Assembly: GCA_037442925.1 (NCBI GenBank)
Contig: JBBIPG010000003.1
Span: 2,913-66,912 of the forward strand
DNA: 64,000 nt
From: Candidatus Fraserbacteria bacterium
GTDB taxonomy: Bacteria > Bipolaricaulota > Bipolaricaulia > RBG-16-55-9
Reading direction: 5' to 3'
Shown here: piece by piece, positions 17,046-27,862 of the stretch
Layout: every line of letters begins with the position of its first letter
How positions within the stretch are numbered: position 1 is the stretch's first letter
Made by a program: the position numbers and the translations under genes
The notes under the pieces: model-generated
What the model was told of the DNA's origin: nothing
Seen by the model: only the letters and a program-made list of their open reading frames with translations
The model's database searches: none

Positions 17046-19727
17046 ATGGAGTCCTTAAAGATTCGTCAGACGTTTCTTGATTTCTTTGTGAGCAAGGGAC
17101 ATACGCTTGTGCCTAGTTCCCCGCTCATCCCTGATGATCCTACCCTGCTGTTTGTCAATGCAGGAATGGTCCAGTTTAAAGATACATTCCTTGGGCTCGA
17201 GAAGCGTGAATATTCTCGGGCAACCTCGGCCCAGCGCTGCTTAAGAGTGTCGGGGAAACACAACGATATCGAGCAAGTCGGTCCTTCACCTCGTCATAAC
17301 ACCTTCTTCGAGATGCTCGGCAACTTTAGCTTTGGCGACTATTTCAAACGCGACGCCATTGCCTATGCTTGGGAACTGTTGACGCAAGTTTACGGGCTCC
17401 CCAAAGATCGTTTTCACTTTACGATCTATCGCGAGGATGAAGAGAGCTTTACTCTTTGGCAAGAGATCACGGGCGCACCACGAGAGCGCATCCATCGCAT
17501 GGGGGAGAAGACGAACTTCTGGATGATGGGGGATACCGGCCCCTGCGGGCCCAATACGGAGCTGGTCTGGGACCGCGGCCCGCAGTTCTGTGATTGCGGT
17601 CGACCGGATTGCTCCCCTCATCTAGATAACGATTGCAACCGCTGGTCGGAGCTTTGGAATCTCGTGTTCATGGAGTTCGACCAGCACGCGGACGGGCAGA
17701 GGGTTAAGCTGCCCAAGCCGGGTGTGGACACGGGTATGGGCTTCGAGCGATTGGTGGCGGTTTTGCAGAATGTCGCAACGAATTATGAGACAGATCTCTT
17801 TCAGCCGATCATGCGGCGCACGCGCAAGCTACTGGGACACAGCGAGCCAGAGATGCGCGCGCAGATTGTGCCCTATCGGGTCATTGCCGATCACGGACGG
17901 GCCATGACGTTTCTCATTGCCGATGGTGTGCTGCCTAGCAACGAGAAGCAGGGATATGTGCTTCGCATGATCATGCGGCGTGCCATTCGCTTTGGCAAGA
18001 AACTGGGTTTCAAAGAGCCTTTCTTGGGTGAGGTGGCACAATCGGTCATCGAGACGATGGGAGGGCATTACAAGGAGCTGGAAGAGCGGCAGAGCCTCCT
18101 CCTCAGAGCCATAGCTCAAGAAGAAGAGCGTTTTGAACAGACGTTGGATGAGGGTCTGGAGAGACTCTCCATGCTGATGGACGAACTTGAGAAGAAGGGA
18201 CAGAAGGTCATTGCGGGTAAAGAGGCGTTCAAGTTACATGACACGTTTGGGTTCCCATGGGAACTGACGGTGGATGTTGCGCGTGAGCGCGGCTTCTCGG
18301 TGGATCGTGCAGGGTTTGAACGTGAGATGGCGAAGCAGCGTGAGCGTTCTCGCGTATCACATGTCATATCTTCTAAAGAATCTTTTAACGTCGCTCTAGC
18401 CAAGGAGGAAATCGACATACTTGGCCTTAGTCTCCCTCCTACGAAGTTTGTTGGCTATGACAACCTTGACCATGTCTCCCAAGTTTCAGCAGAACTCTTG
18501 ATGGTGGATGTGGGACGACTGTTGGCTTTTGATGAGACCCCTTTCTACGCAGAGGCAGGGGGTCAAGTAGCCGATACTGGATGGATTGAAAACCTTTCAG
18601 ACTCTGGCAAAGCAGAAGTGCGAGAGATACAAAAAGATGCAAGAGGCATCTATTGGCACCGAGTCAAGATTCTCGAAGGCGACTTTAGGCGGGGGGACCG
18701 TTGCCGTCTCACGATTGATGTTGAGCATCGTAGACATATCATGCGCAACCACACAGCCACGCATATTCTCCACGCGGCACTACGCAAAGTGTTGGGACAT
18801 CCAGGTGGCATCCAGAAGGGCTCTCTCGTGGCACCCAACGAATTGCGTTTTGACTTCACTCACTTTGCGCCGCTGACGCCCGATGAAATTCGACAAATAG
18901 AAGCATTGGCTAATCGCGTGATTCTCGGCGATCTGCCTGTCAGAATCACCGAAGAGAAACTGGAAGATGCCAAGACTAAGGGCGCAATGGCTCTCTTTAC
19001 AGAAGACTACCAGGGCAAAGAGAAAGTGCGTGTTGTCTCTATCGTCAGCGAAGAAGAAAACGGCGCTCCCTTTAGCATTGAACTCTGCGGCGGAACGCAT
19101 GTGAAGCGCACAGGTGAGATCGGCCTCTTTAAGATCATCGGCGAAGAAGGAGTAGCTGCCGGAGTCCGCCGCGTCTATGTGGTAACGGGAGATAATCTGC
19201 TGCGCTATCTTGCTGAACAAGAAGGCCGCTTGCGCGCAGCAGCAGCCAGACTCAAATCCTCCCCGCATGAGATCTTGCCCAAACTCGAGGCCCTGCTCGC
19301 TGAGAAAGAGTCCCTGGAACGCGAACTCCAGAATCTCAAGAAGGAGCGGCTCAGAATCAGAAGAGACGAACTTCTACAGCAAGGAATTCGTGTCGGTAAC
19401 TCTGAGCTGATCTTCGCCCAGGTAGAACTGGGCATTGATGAACTGAAGGAATTGGCAGATCTGTTGGAAAGCTCCCTCAAACAGGGAATCGTGCTCTTAG
19501 GGAGCCTGCAGGGAGGGAGAGCCACCCTCATCTGCAAGGTCAGCAATGCCCTGGGGGCGAGAATCCATGCCGGTGAGATCGTGCGTGAGGCGGCTGGCAT
19601 CGTCGGCGGCAGGGGTGGCGGGAATCCGCGCTTTGCTCAAGGAGGAGGCGACCGGCCAGAGAGATTACCAGAAGCGCTCGAAACTCTTGTGCGCACTGTT
19701 CAAAGGAAGCTCATAGAAGCCGAATAG
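17046..19727 (+). CDS. alaS: Alanine--tRNA ligase
   Basis: 893 aa with class II aaRS motifs, the HxxxH/CxxxH editing/zinc motif (HTATHILH), and a C-terminal DHHA1-like domain. Confidence 0.95.
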   Translation: MESLKIRQTFLDFFVSKGHTLVPSSPLIPDDPTLLFVNAGMVQFKDTFLGLEKREYSRATSAQRCLRVSGKHNDIEQVGPSPRHNTFFEMLGNFSFGDYFKRDAIAYAWELLTQVYGLPKDRFHFTIYREDEESFTLWQEITGAPRERIHRMGEKTNFWMMGDTGPCGPNTELVWDRGPQFCDCGRPDCSPHLDNDCNRWSELWNLVFMEFDQHADGQRVKLPKPGVDTGMGFERLVAVLQNVATNYETDLFQPIMRRTRKLLGHSEPEMRAQIVPYRVIADHGRAMTFLIADGVLPSNEKQGYVLRMIMRRAIRFGKKLGFKEPFLGEVAQSVIETMGGHYKELEERQSLLLRAIAQEEERFEQTLDEGLERLSMLMDELEKKGQKVIAGKEAFKLHDTFGFPWELTVDVARERGFSVDRAGFEREMAKQRERSRVSHVISSKESFNVALAKEEIDILGLSLPPTKFVGYDNLDHVSQVSAELLMVDVGRLLAFDETPFYAEAGGQVADTGWIENLSDSGKAEVREIQKDARGIYWHRVKILEGDFRRGDRCRLTIDVEHRRHIMRNHTATHILHAALRKVLGHPGGIQKGSLVAPNELRFDFTHFAPLTPDEIRQIEALANRVILGDLPVRITEEKLEDAKTKGAMALFTEDYQGKEKVRVVSIVSEEENGAPFSIELCGGTHVKRTGEIGLFKIIGEEGVAAGVRRVYVVTGDNLLRYLAEQEGRLRAAAARLKSSPHEILPKLEALLAEKESLERELQNLKKERLRIRRDELLQQGIRVGNSELIFAQVELGIDELKELADLLESSLKQGIVLLGSLQGGRATLICKVSNALGARIHAGEIVREAAGIVGGRGGGNPRFAQGGGDRPERLPEALETLVRTVQRKLIEAE

Positions 19728-19764
19728 ACGCTTCATCTCAAGGAGGCCCATACCCCTGCGAAGC

Positions 19765-21477
19765 ATGTTCCGCTATCTCTGGCGCTATCGTGGACGCGTT
19801 CTTTTGGGGCTCTTTGCGCTCTTATTGGTCGATGGCGGACAGCTCATCATCCCGCAGATCATCCGCAGTGCTGTAGATGAGCTAACCCAGGGACAGAGCC
19901 AGCGCCTACTCTTCTTTGGGATCGCCGTGGTGGTGATTGCGGCCCTAGTCGCATTCTTTCGCTTCTTTTGGCGCTACTTCCTCTTCGGCGCCGCACGCCG
20001 CGTCCGACGCGACATTCGCGATCGTCTCTACGATCACATGCTGAAACTCTCCGCACGGTTCTTTCAAGATACGAAGACCGGAGAACTCATGTCTCATTTC
20101 ACCAACGATGTGGATGCCGTCACGATGGCCGTGGGTTTTGGTGTGCTGGCCTTCGCGGATTTTCTCATCATGGTCACCTTCTGTGTGGGAGCTATGATCT
20201 CCATTAGTCCGCTGTTGACCCTCTATGCTTTCGCGCCTCTGCCCATTTTGACTCTATTGGTAGCTCTCTTCGGTCGTGTGATCCACAGGCGCTTTCAGGC
20301 AGTCCAGGAGACGTTTTCGACGTTGACGGAGAAAGTTCGTGAAGCCCTCTCCGGAGTTCGTGTGGTCAAGACATTCACGCAAGAAGAAGGAATGGCACGA
20401 GATTTCGCGAGGACCAATCAACTCTTCATCGATAAGAATATGCACCTGGTCAAAGTCTGGGGGTTATTTGATCCGATGATCGCCTTTATGAGCGGCATCT
20501 CCAGCTTGATTGTGCTCTACTTCGGTGGCCGTGCCGTCATCACGGGCTCGATCTCATTAGGCCAGTTTGTGGCCTTTAACGTGTATCTGGGGCTACTCAC
20601 GTGGCCGATGATGGCCCTAGGCTGGACTGTGAACATGGTCCAACGTGGGCGTGCGTCCATGGAGCGCATTGACAAGATCTTGGAGACTCTACCCGATGTC
20701 ACGGATCACCCCAATGCGAAACCCTTCAATGGACAAGGGTTCATCGAGTTTCGCGATCTGACATTCTCGTATGATGGCGGTCCCCCTGTTTTGGAGAACA
20801 TCAACGTGACGATCGCGCCGGGGCAGACGCTCGGCATCATTGGCCTTACCGGGTCGGGCAAGACCACACTGGTTCATCTGCTCGTTCGGGTGTTTGATCC
20901 ACCCCGAGGAAGTCTTCTTATCGATGGTCGAGATGTGCGGGAGTACTCACTCGATGATTTACGCCATCAGATCGCGTTGGTCCCTCAAGACGGCTTTCTC
21001 TTCTCGACAACCGTCCGGGAGAATATAGCCCTTGGGAACCCACATGTATCTTGGGAATCGATTGTAGAAGTTTCCCGGCTCGCCGGGCTCCATGACGAGA
21101 TTCTGGATTTGCCACAAGGTTTCGACACGCTCTTAGGGGAGCGTGGGGTCTCCCTCTCCGGTGGTCAGAGACAACGCGTAGCCATTGCCCGTGCTCTACT
21201 TACCAATCCCAGGATTCTGATCCTCGATGACGCGCTCTCGGCGGTGGATGCCGAAAAAGAAGAAGAGATCCTGCGCAATCTCAAGGATGTCCTGCGCTCG
21301 CGCACCTCCATTGTGATCGCTCATCGCATCTCAGCCGTCAAAGAGCTGGATCACATCATTGTGCTCGACCGAGGTCGCATCGTAGAACGAGGGACGCATG
21401 AGGAACTCGTGGGTCAAGATGGCATCTACGCTCATCTCTATCAGCTGCAGAAGGCCGAGGAGGAGGTGAGGATCTAA
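19765..21477 (+). CDS. ABC exporter subunit (TMD-NBD half-transporter) with Walker B DD in place of DE
   Basis: GLTGSGKTT Walker A, canonical LSGGQRQR signature, ILILDDALSAVD Walker B with the catalytic Glu replaced by Asp. Confidence 0.9.
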   Translation: MFRYLWRYRGRVLLGLFALLLVDGGQLIIPQIIRSAVDELTQGQSQRLLFFGIAVVVIAALVAFFRFFWRYFLFGAARRVRRDIRDRLYDHMLKLSARFFQDTKTGELMSHFTNDVDAVTMAVGFGVLAFADFLIMVTFCVGAMISISPLLTLYAFAPLPILTLLVALFGRVIHRRFQAVQETFSTLTEKVREALSGVRVVKTFTQEEGMARDFARTNQLFIDKNMHLVKVWGLFDPMIAFMSGISSLIVLYFGGRAVITGSISLGQFVAFNVYLGLLTWPMMALGWTVNMVQRGRASMERIDKILETLPDVTDHPNAKPFNGQGFIEFRDLTFSYDGGPPVLENINVTIAPGQTLGIIGLTGSGKTTLVHLLVRVFDPPRGSLLIDGRDVREYSLDDLRHQIALVPQDGFLFSTTVRENIALGNPHVSWESIVEVSRLAGLHDEILDLPQGFDTLLGERGVSLSGGQRQRVAIARALLTNPRILILDDALSAVDAEKEEEILRNLKDVLRSRTSIVIAHRISAVKELDHIIVLDRGRIVERGTHEELVGQDGIYAHLYQLQKAEEEVRI

Positions 21478-23333
21478 TGCAATACGCCTGGGAAGAAGAG
21501 AAGCTGGGCAAGGCGTACGATGCCGGTTTGATGAAACGGCTGCTGCGTTACGTGAAGCCCTATCGGGGACTGTTCATCGCGGCCATCGTCTTCTCGCTGC
21601 TCGTTACCGGTACGGAGTTGGCGTTGCCCTACATCACCAAGATCGTCATCGATCGCCATCTGCTGTCTGCGTCGTCGTATGAGCAGGCCATCAGAGGTGT
21701 GGGACAGTTCGCCTTGCTCTTTCTGGGAATGTTACTCGTACGCCTGCTCTTCTCGTTTATCCAGGTGTACGTTCTGCAATATACGGGCCAGCGCGTGATG
21801 TACGACATGCGCACGGAGATCTTTTCACATCTCATGAAACTGCCGGTGCGCTTCTTCGACAAGAATCCCGTGGGACGTCTCGTTACCCGAGCCACAAACG
21901 ACGTAGCGGCCATCAACGAGATGTTCAGTGCTGTCCTTGTGTATCTCTTCAAGGATGCCTTTCTGATTGTGGGTATCTTTGCGATCATGTTTCAGCTCAA
22001 CTGGAGGCTGGCCGGTCTCATACTGCTGCTGACTCCGCTGCTCATCTGGATCACGTTTGAGTTTCGCAAGCGAGCGCGCGATGCCTTCCGTGAAGTGCGA
22101 AGGAAACTGGCCAAGCTCAATGCGTATCTGGCCGAAAGTATCTCTGGCATGCGGATCATTCAGCTCTTTGTGCGAGAGCAGAGTAGTTTCCGAGAATTCT
22201 CCCAGATCAATGACGAAGAGTACCAGGCCAACATGCAGCAGATCACCATCTTCGCTGTCTTTCAACCCTTGATTGGCTTGCTCCGCGCTGTGGCGACGGC
22301 GCTCATTCTGTGGTATGGCGGATTTGGCGTGGTGGGAGGGGTCTTCACTCTGGGGTCGCTGGTGGCATTCGTGAGCTATATCGAAATGCTCTTTCAGCCC
22401 ATCAGCGATCTCGCTGAGAAATACAACATCTTGCAAGGAGCGATGGCTTCGTCAGAGAGAATCTTCTTGCTCTTGGATGAGCCCGAAGAACGTTACTTGG
22501 GCAAGAGGCTTCTCCCAGTGAAGGGCCGAATCGAGTTTCGGGATGTGTGGTTCGCGTACGTGCCTCAGCCCCAGAGCGATGCCGACTGGATCTTGAAAGG
22601 TGTTTCTTTCACGGTGGAGTCGGGCGAGCGCGTAGCGATTGTGGGCCCTACGGGCTCCGGCAAGACAACGATCATCAGTTTGTTGCTGCGTTTGTATGAG
22701 ATCCAGAAGGGCCAGATTCTACTCGACGGTGTGGAGATCCAAGAGCTTGATCTTAAGTCGTTGCGTTCCCAGATGGCCGTCGTCCTACAAGATGTATTCT
22801 TGTTCTCCGGGGACGTGCTCGGCAACATCCGACTGCAATCTGAGAAGATCCCGACCGAGCGGGCCATAGAGGCCGCGCGTTTCGTGCAAGCAGATGCGTT
22901 CATCCAAGAGCTGCCTAGTAGATATCAAACCGAGGTGAAAGAGCGAGGCGCAACGCTCTCCGTGGGGCAGAGACAACTCCTGGCCTTCGCGCGCGCCGTC
23001 GCCTTCAACCCCAAGATCTTGATCCTGGATGAAGCCACGGCGAATATCGATTCGAAGACCGAGCATCTGATTCAGGACTCCATCGGTAGAATGCTGGAGG
23101 ATCGCACCTCAATCGTCATCGCCCACCGACTCTCGACCATTCGTCACTCGGACAAGATCATCGTGCTTCACAGAGGGCGCATTGTCGAAGAGGGCACGCA
23201 CGAGCAGTTGTTGGCAAAGAAAGGTCTGTATCACGCTCTTTACACCTTGCAGTTTGGTGAGACAGGCCGAAGCACCCTGGAGCACGTTCGACAAGCCCAG
23301 ACTCAGCTGGAGTTCCTGGAAGAAGAGCTGTGA
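21477..23333 (+). CDS. ABC exporter subunit (TMD-NBD half-transporter) with canonical Walker B and a degenerate signature motif
   Basis: GPTGSGKTT Walker A, ILILDEATANID Walker B, LSVGQRQL signature (G to V). Confidence 0.9.
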   Translation: MQYAWEEEKLGKAYDAGLMKRLLRYVKPYRGLFIAAIVFSLLVTGTELALPYITKIVIDRHLLSASSYEQAIRGVGQFALLFLGMLLVRLLFSFIQVYVLQYTGQRVMYDMRTEIFSHLMKLPVRFFDKNPVGRLVTRATNDVAAINEMFSAVLVYLFKDAFLIVGIFAIMFQLNWRLAGLILLLTPLLIWITFEFRKRARDAFREVRRKLAKLNAYLAESISGMRIIQLFVREQSSFREFSQINDEEYQANMQQITIFAVFQPLIGLLRAVATALILWYGGFGVVGGVFTLGSLVAFVSYIEMLFQPISDLAEKYNILQGAMASSERIFLLLDEPEERYLGKRLLPVKGRIEFRDVWFAYVPQPQSDADWILKGVSFTVESGERVAIVGPTGSGKTTIISLLLRLYEIQKGQILLDGVEIQELDLKSLRSQMAVVLQDVFLFSGDVLGNIRLQSEKIPTERAIEAARFVQADAFIQELPSRYQTEVKERGATLSVGQRQLLAFARAVAFNPKILILDEATANIDSKTEHLIQDSIGRMLEDRTSIVIAHRLSTIRHSDKIIVLHRGRIVEEGTHEQLLAKKGLYHALYTLQFGETGRSTLEHVRQAQTQLEFLEEEL

Positions 23334-24514
23334 AGAGTACGCTGCGGAGCAGGGCACTCAAGTTCGTCGTCTTGATCGGCTTTGTCAGCCTCTTTGCCGA
23401 TATGACTTATGAAGGGGCACGGAGCATCACCGGGCCGTTTCTGAGCTACCTCGGCGCAAGTGCTGTCGTAGTGGGCTTCGTGGCCGGCGTGGGCGAATTC
23501 ATCGGTTATGCTCTTCGCATCATTTCTGGCTATTTGGCTGATCGGACGGGACGCTTCTGGTTGATCACGCTCTGGGGCTACGGTCTGAACTTGATCGCCG
23601 TGCCCCTCTTGGCGTTGGCCGGGAACTGGCCGGTCGCAGCGGTGCTCATCTTCGCCGAACGATTGGGCAAGGCCATCCGCACACCCGCTCGAGATGCAAT
23701 GCTCTCGCACGCGACGGCAGAGATGGGGCGAGGCTGGGGGTTTGCGCTGCATGAAGCTCTGGATCAAGTTGGTGCCTTGATCGGCCCCCTCATCGTGGCT
23801 GCTGTACTCTATCTTAAAGGGGGCTATCAGACTGGCTTTGGCCTGTTGCTGATCCCCGCGCTCTTAGCGTTGAGCGTGTTAGCTATTGCGCGCTGGCTCT
23901 ACCCGCAGCCCCGTGACCTGGAGGTGACTCAAGCTGCATCGGAAGATGTGCAAACTAGGCAGTTTCCGCGTGTCTTCTGGCTCTATCTGGTCTTCACGGC
24001 CGTCAGCGTCGCAGGTTATGCGCACTTCCAGCTCGTTTCGTATCATCTCTCATTCCAGAAGGTCGTTCCTGACGCACAGATCCCGATCTTCTTTGCCGTA
24101 GCGATGGGGGTCGATGCCCTAGTAGCTCTCTTGGTCGGGCGGATCTTTGATCGTGTGGGCCTGCTGGCCTTGACCGCCCTTCCCCTTCTAAGCCTGCCCA
24201 TCGCACCTCTGGTCTTCTCGACGAGCTATGGATTTGCCTTCATGGGGATGGTCTTGTGGGGAGCAGTGATGGGGATTCAAGAGAGCATTATGCGCGCGGC
24301 GATCGCCGAGATGATTCCGGCCACCAAGCGCGGGATGGCGTATGGCCTCTTTAACACAGCCTATGGCCTCTTCTGGTTCCTCGGGAGCTTGTTGATGGGC
24401 ATGCTCTACGAGATCAATATCAACTATCTCATCATCGGCTCGATCGCCCTTGAGCTGGCCTCGCTGCCACTGCTGCTTATCGTGCGACGAGAGGTCGTTC
24501 GGGCGCGCTCGTGA
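23330..24514 (+). CDS. MFS transporter
   Basis: 12 TM segments with an MFS-like pattern. ATGA overlap with the upstream ABC gene. Confidence 0.8.
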   Translation: MKSTLRSRALKFVVLIGFVSLFADMTYEGARSITGPFLSYLGASAVVVGFVAGVGEFIGYALRIISGYLADRTGRFWLITLWGYGLNLIAVPLLALAGNWPVAAVLIFAERLGKAIRTPARDAMLSHATAEMGRGWGFALHEALDQVGALIGPLIVAAVLYLKGGYQTGFGLLLIPALLALSVLAIARWLYPQPRDLEVTQAASEDVQTRQFPRVFWLYLVFTAVSVAGYAHFQLVSYHLSFQKVVPDAQIPIFFAVAMGVDALVALLVGRIFDRVGLLALTALPLLSLPIAPLVFSTSYGFAFMGMVLWGAVMGIQESIMRAAIAEMIPATKRGMAYGLFNTAYGLFWFLGSLLMGMLYEININYLIIGSIALELASLPLLLIVRREVVRARS

Positions 24515-24575
24515 GCGTCCATTATTTTTGTCCCCACTGCAGCTCGGAAATCGCGCAAGATGATATCTAGCATGG

Positions 24576-25856
<1,281 letters not shown>

Positions 25857-25924
25857 CTATCTTGCCGTGCGCGCACCTACTGCTGCGCCTTACACTATGA
25901 ATTAGGGGAATACATAGTCAAGCC

Positions 25925-26347
25925 TCACTGGACGATGAGGAGCGTGCACCTGACGTGATCAGCGATCTTGGATGCGGTCGAGCCCATGTGGAACGGCCAG
26001 ACATTGGAATGCCCTTTATGTCCGATCACCAGCAGATCGAAGTGGTTGTCTTCCGCAAAGCTCACAATCGTTCCGACTTCGTGGCCAGCTAAGATGTGGC
26101 AGGTGAGGCGGACGCTGGCTTTAGAAGCGATCTGCTTGGATTCCTCGCAGACCTTCGCAAAGTAGCTCTCGTCTTCCCTCTGGCGTTCTAGCACCTCGCC
26201 CACGGTCGCCGCATAGTGAGGCAAATTCTCTTCTACCGAGACCTGATGCAGCTCCGCTCCGTACCTGCGCGCCAGATCGACCGCAACCTTCAGTGCCTTG
26301 AAAGCGCCCTCCGAGCCGTCGTTCGCCACCAAGATCCGCTGGAACAT
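25925..26347 (-). CDS. Universal stress protein UspA family
   Basis: ILVANDGSE...LLVIGHKGHS...GSTASKIA is the UspA pattern. Confidence 0.85.
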   Translation of the reverse strand: MFQRILVANDGSEGAFKALKVAVDLARRYGAELHQVSVEENLPHYAATVGEVLERQREDESYFAKVCEESKQIASKASVRLTCHILAGHEVGTIVSFAEDNHFDLLVIGHKGHSNVWPFHMGSTASKIADHVRCTLLIVQ

Positions 26348-26371
26348 CTGGCTATCTCCTTTCTGTCAGCT

Positions 26372-27862
26372 CTACCTGAATATCTTGTTATACACTTCTA
26401 CGCCATAACTGGTTTGCAATGGTCCGCCTACGATCAACTTAAAAGTCCGTTCTCCGTCGGCCTTCCTTTCCGCCCGCAGGAATAGGGCGTTTTCCATTTG
26501 CCTGTCAAAAAAGCCGTTCGCTAATGTATATAAATGCGTCACATAGAAGACCTTGATGTTCTTTTCCAGCAAGGCACTCACGATTTGCCGGGCAATTTCC
26601 GAACCTTCCCGCTCGTTGGTGGCGGCAAAGGATTCGTTGAACAAGATGAGCGCGTTGGGCTTGATCGCATCCACGATGACGCTCATCCGAGCTAGTTCTT
26701 CATCGAACTTGCCACTCTTCATGGATGCATCCTCTTCCCGTTTGTAATGGGTGAAAAGACCGCTGCACAGATTGGCTGAGAACGATTCCGCCGGGACGAA
26801 CATCCCGCACTGCATCATCAACTGCGCCAGACCAATGCTGCGCAAGAACGTGGATTTCCCACCCTGGTTGGCACCGGTGATCATCACCAGGTCTTTCCCA
26901 TCGGCGGTGACATCGTTGCCCACCACCTGTTGCTTCATAGTCAACGCCAGGGAGACATCGTACAAGCCGGTGAACGAGTGTCGGCGTTCGCTGGCAAGCG
27001 CCGGTTCGGGAAAGGCAATGGGTTCCCCCAGTTGGGCGAGTTGTTCAGATAAATTCAGGCAGCCGATATAAAAAGCTAGTTCCAGCCGCAATGCCTTGAA
27101 AAAACTGTCGATATGGTCGGCAGACTGAGCAAGGGCATTGCCGACCAGGTTGATGCCCCTGTCCCTTAATTCCCCTAGCGCCCGTGCTCCATGGTCATCG
27201 CGGGGGTGCAGCGTGAAGGAATAGCTCGGCGATTTCCGGGCAAAGATTCGCCGCACCCAATTCTGATTCTGGCGGTTGGGTTGGCGAAGGATGTAATTCG
27301 TACCTTCATTTCCAGTTCCCAATTGGGCGCTGAGCAAAACACCGCCGTCGAATCTCAGCTCTTTGAGATGATTTTCTACAACAGCGAGATAACCATCATC
27401 CAGTTCCTGCTGAATCATAGCAAAAAACCTGCGAAAGCCCTGTGATTCGAATCCTTCGGCGTTCTCATCGGCGATCTGCTTCAAGGCCCTAAGCAAGCCA
27501 ACAAACATGTTCAGCATTTGCAACGCGCCGCTCAATACGCTGCTTGGGTAAGTGGCGAAAATACCCATCCAATGCCTCTGCCTGTTTTCGATGGCTTGTA
27601 TCGGAATGTGGTAAATCCGCCTGACGACATCAGGATGTTTCAGGCAATCCTTGAGAATCTCCTGGCGATAGCGGATGGTCTCAGGTGAATCCAAACTGGA
27701 CAAAATGGCTTGCTTTGCTACCTCGAATAGAAATTTGTCCCCCCGCGCCATTGCGCTGAACAACGTGTTCAGTTCCAGGTCTTGGGTCAATTCCGCTTCG
27801 TTGAACGGGCGTTTCTGCTTTGGGTCGAAATCCCGGTCGGGATACATCAGAAAGACCTTCAT
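26372..27862 (-). CDS. MutS-related ABC ATPase (core plus domain V only), paralog B
   Basis: TGANQGGKSTFLRSIG Walker A, ILFNESFAATN Walker B with Asn instead of Asp, and the MutS-V architecture. No mismatch-binding domain I and no Smr/endonuclease domain. Confidence 0.8.
   Translation of the reverse strand: MKVFLMYPDRDFDPKQKRPFNEAELTQDLELNTLFSAMARGDKFLFEVAKQAILSSLDSPETIRYRQEILKDCLKHPDVVRRIYHIPIQAIENRQRHWMGIFATYPSSVLSGALQMLNMFVGLLRALKQIADENAEGFESQGFRRFFAMIQQELDDGYLAVVENHLKELRFDGGVLLSAQLGTGNEGTNYILRQPNRQNQNWVRRIFARKSPSYSFTLHPRDDHGARALGELRDRGINLVGNALAQSADHIDSFFKALRLELAFYIGCLNLSEQLAQLGEPIAFPEPALASERRHSFTGLYDVSLALTMKQQVVGNDVTADGKDLVMITGANQGGKSTFLRSIGLAQLMMQCGMFVPAESFSANLCSGLFTHYKREEDASMKSGKFDEELARMSVIVDAIKPNALILFNESFAATNEREGSEIARQIVSALLEKNIKVFYVTHLYTLANGFFDRQMENALFLRAERKADGERTFKLIVGGPLQTSYGVEVYNKIFR

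Noticed and set aside
24515-24575. Intrinsic terminator between convergent MFS and enolase genes
   Set aside because: No convincing GC-rich stem followed by a T-tract. Only a partial inverted repeat (gtcagagggg/tctggcc) is present.
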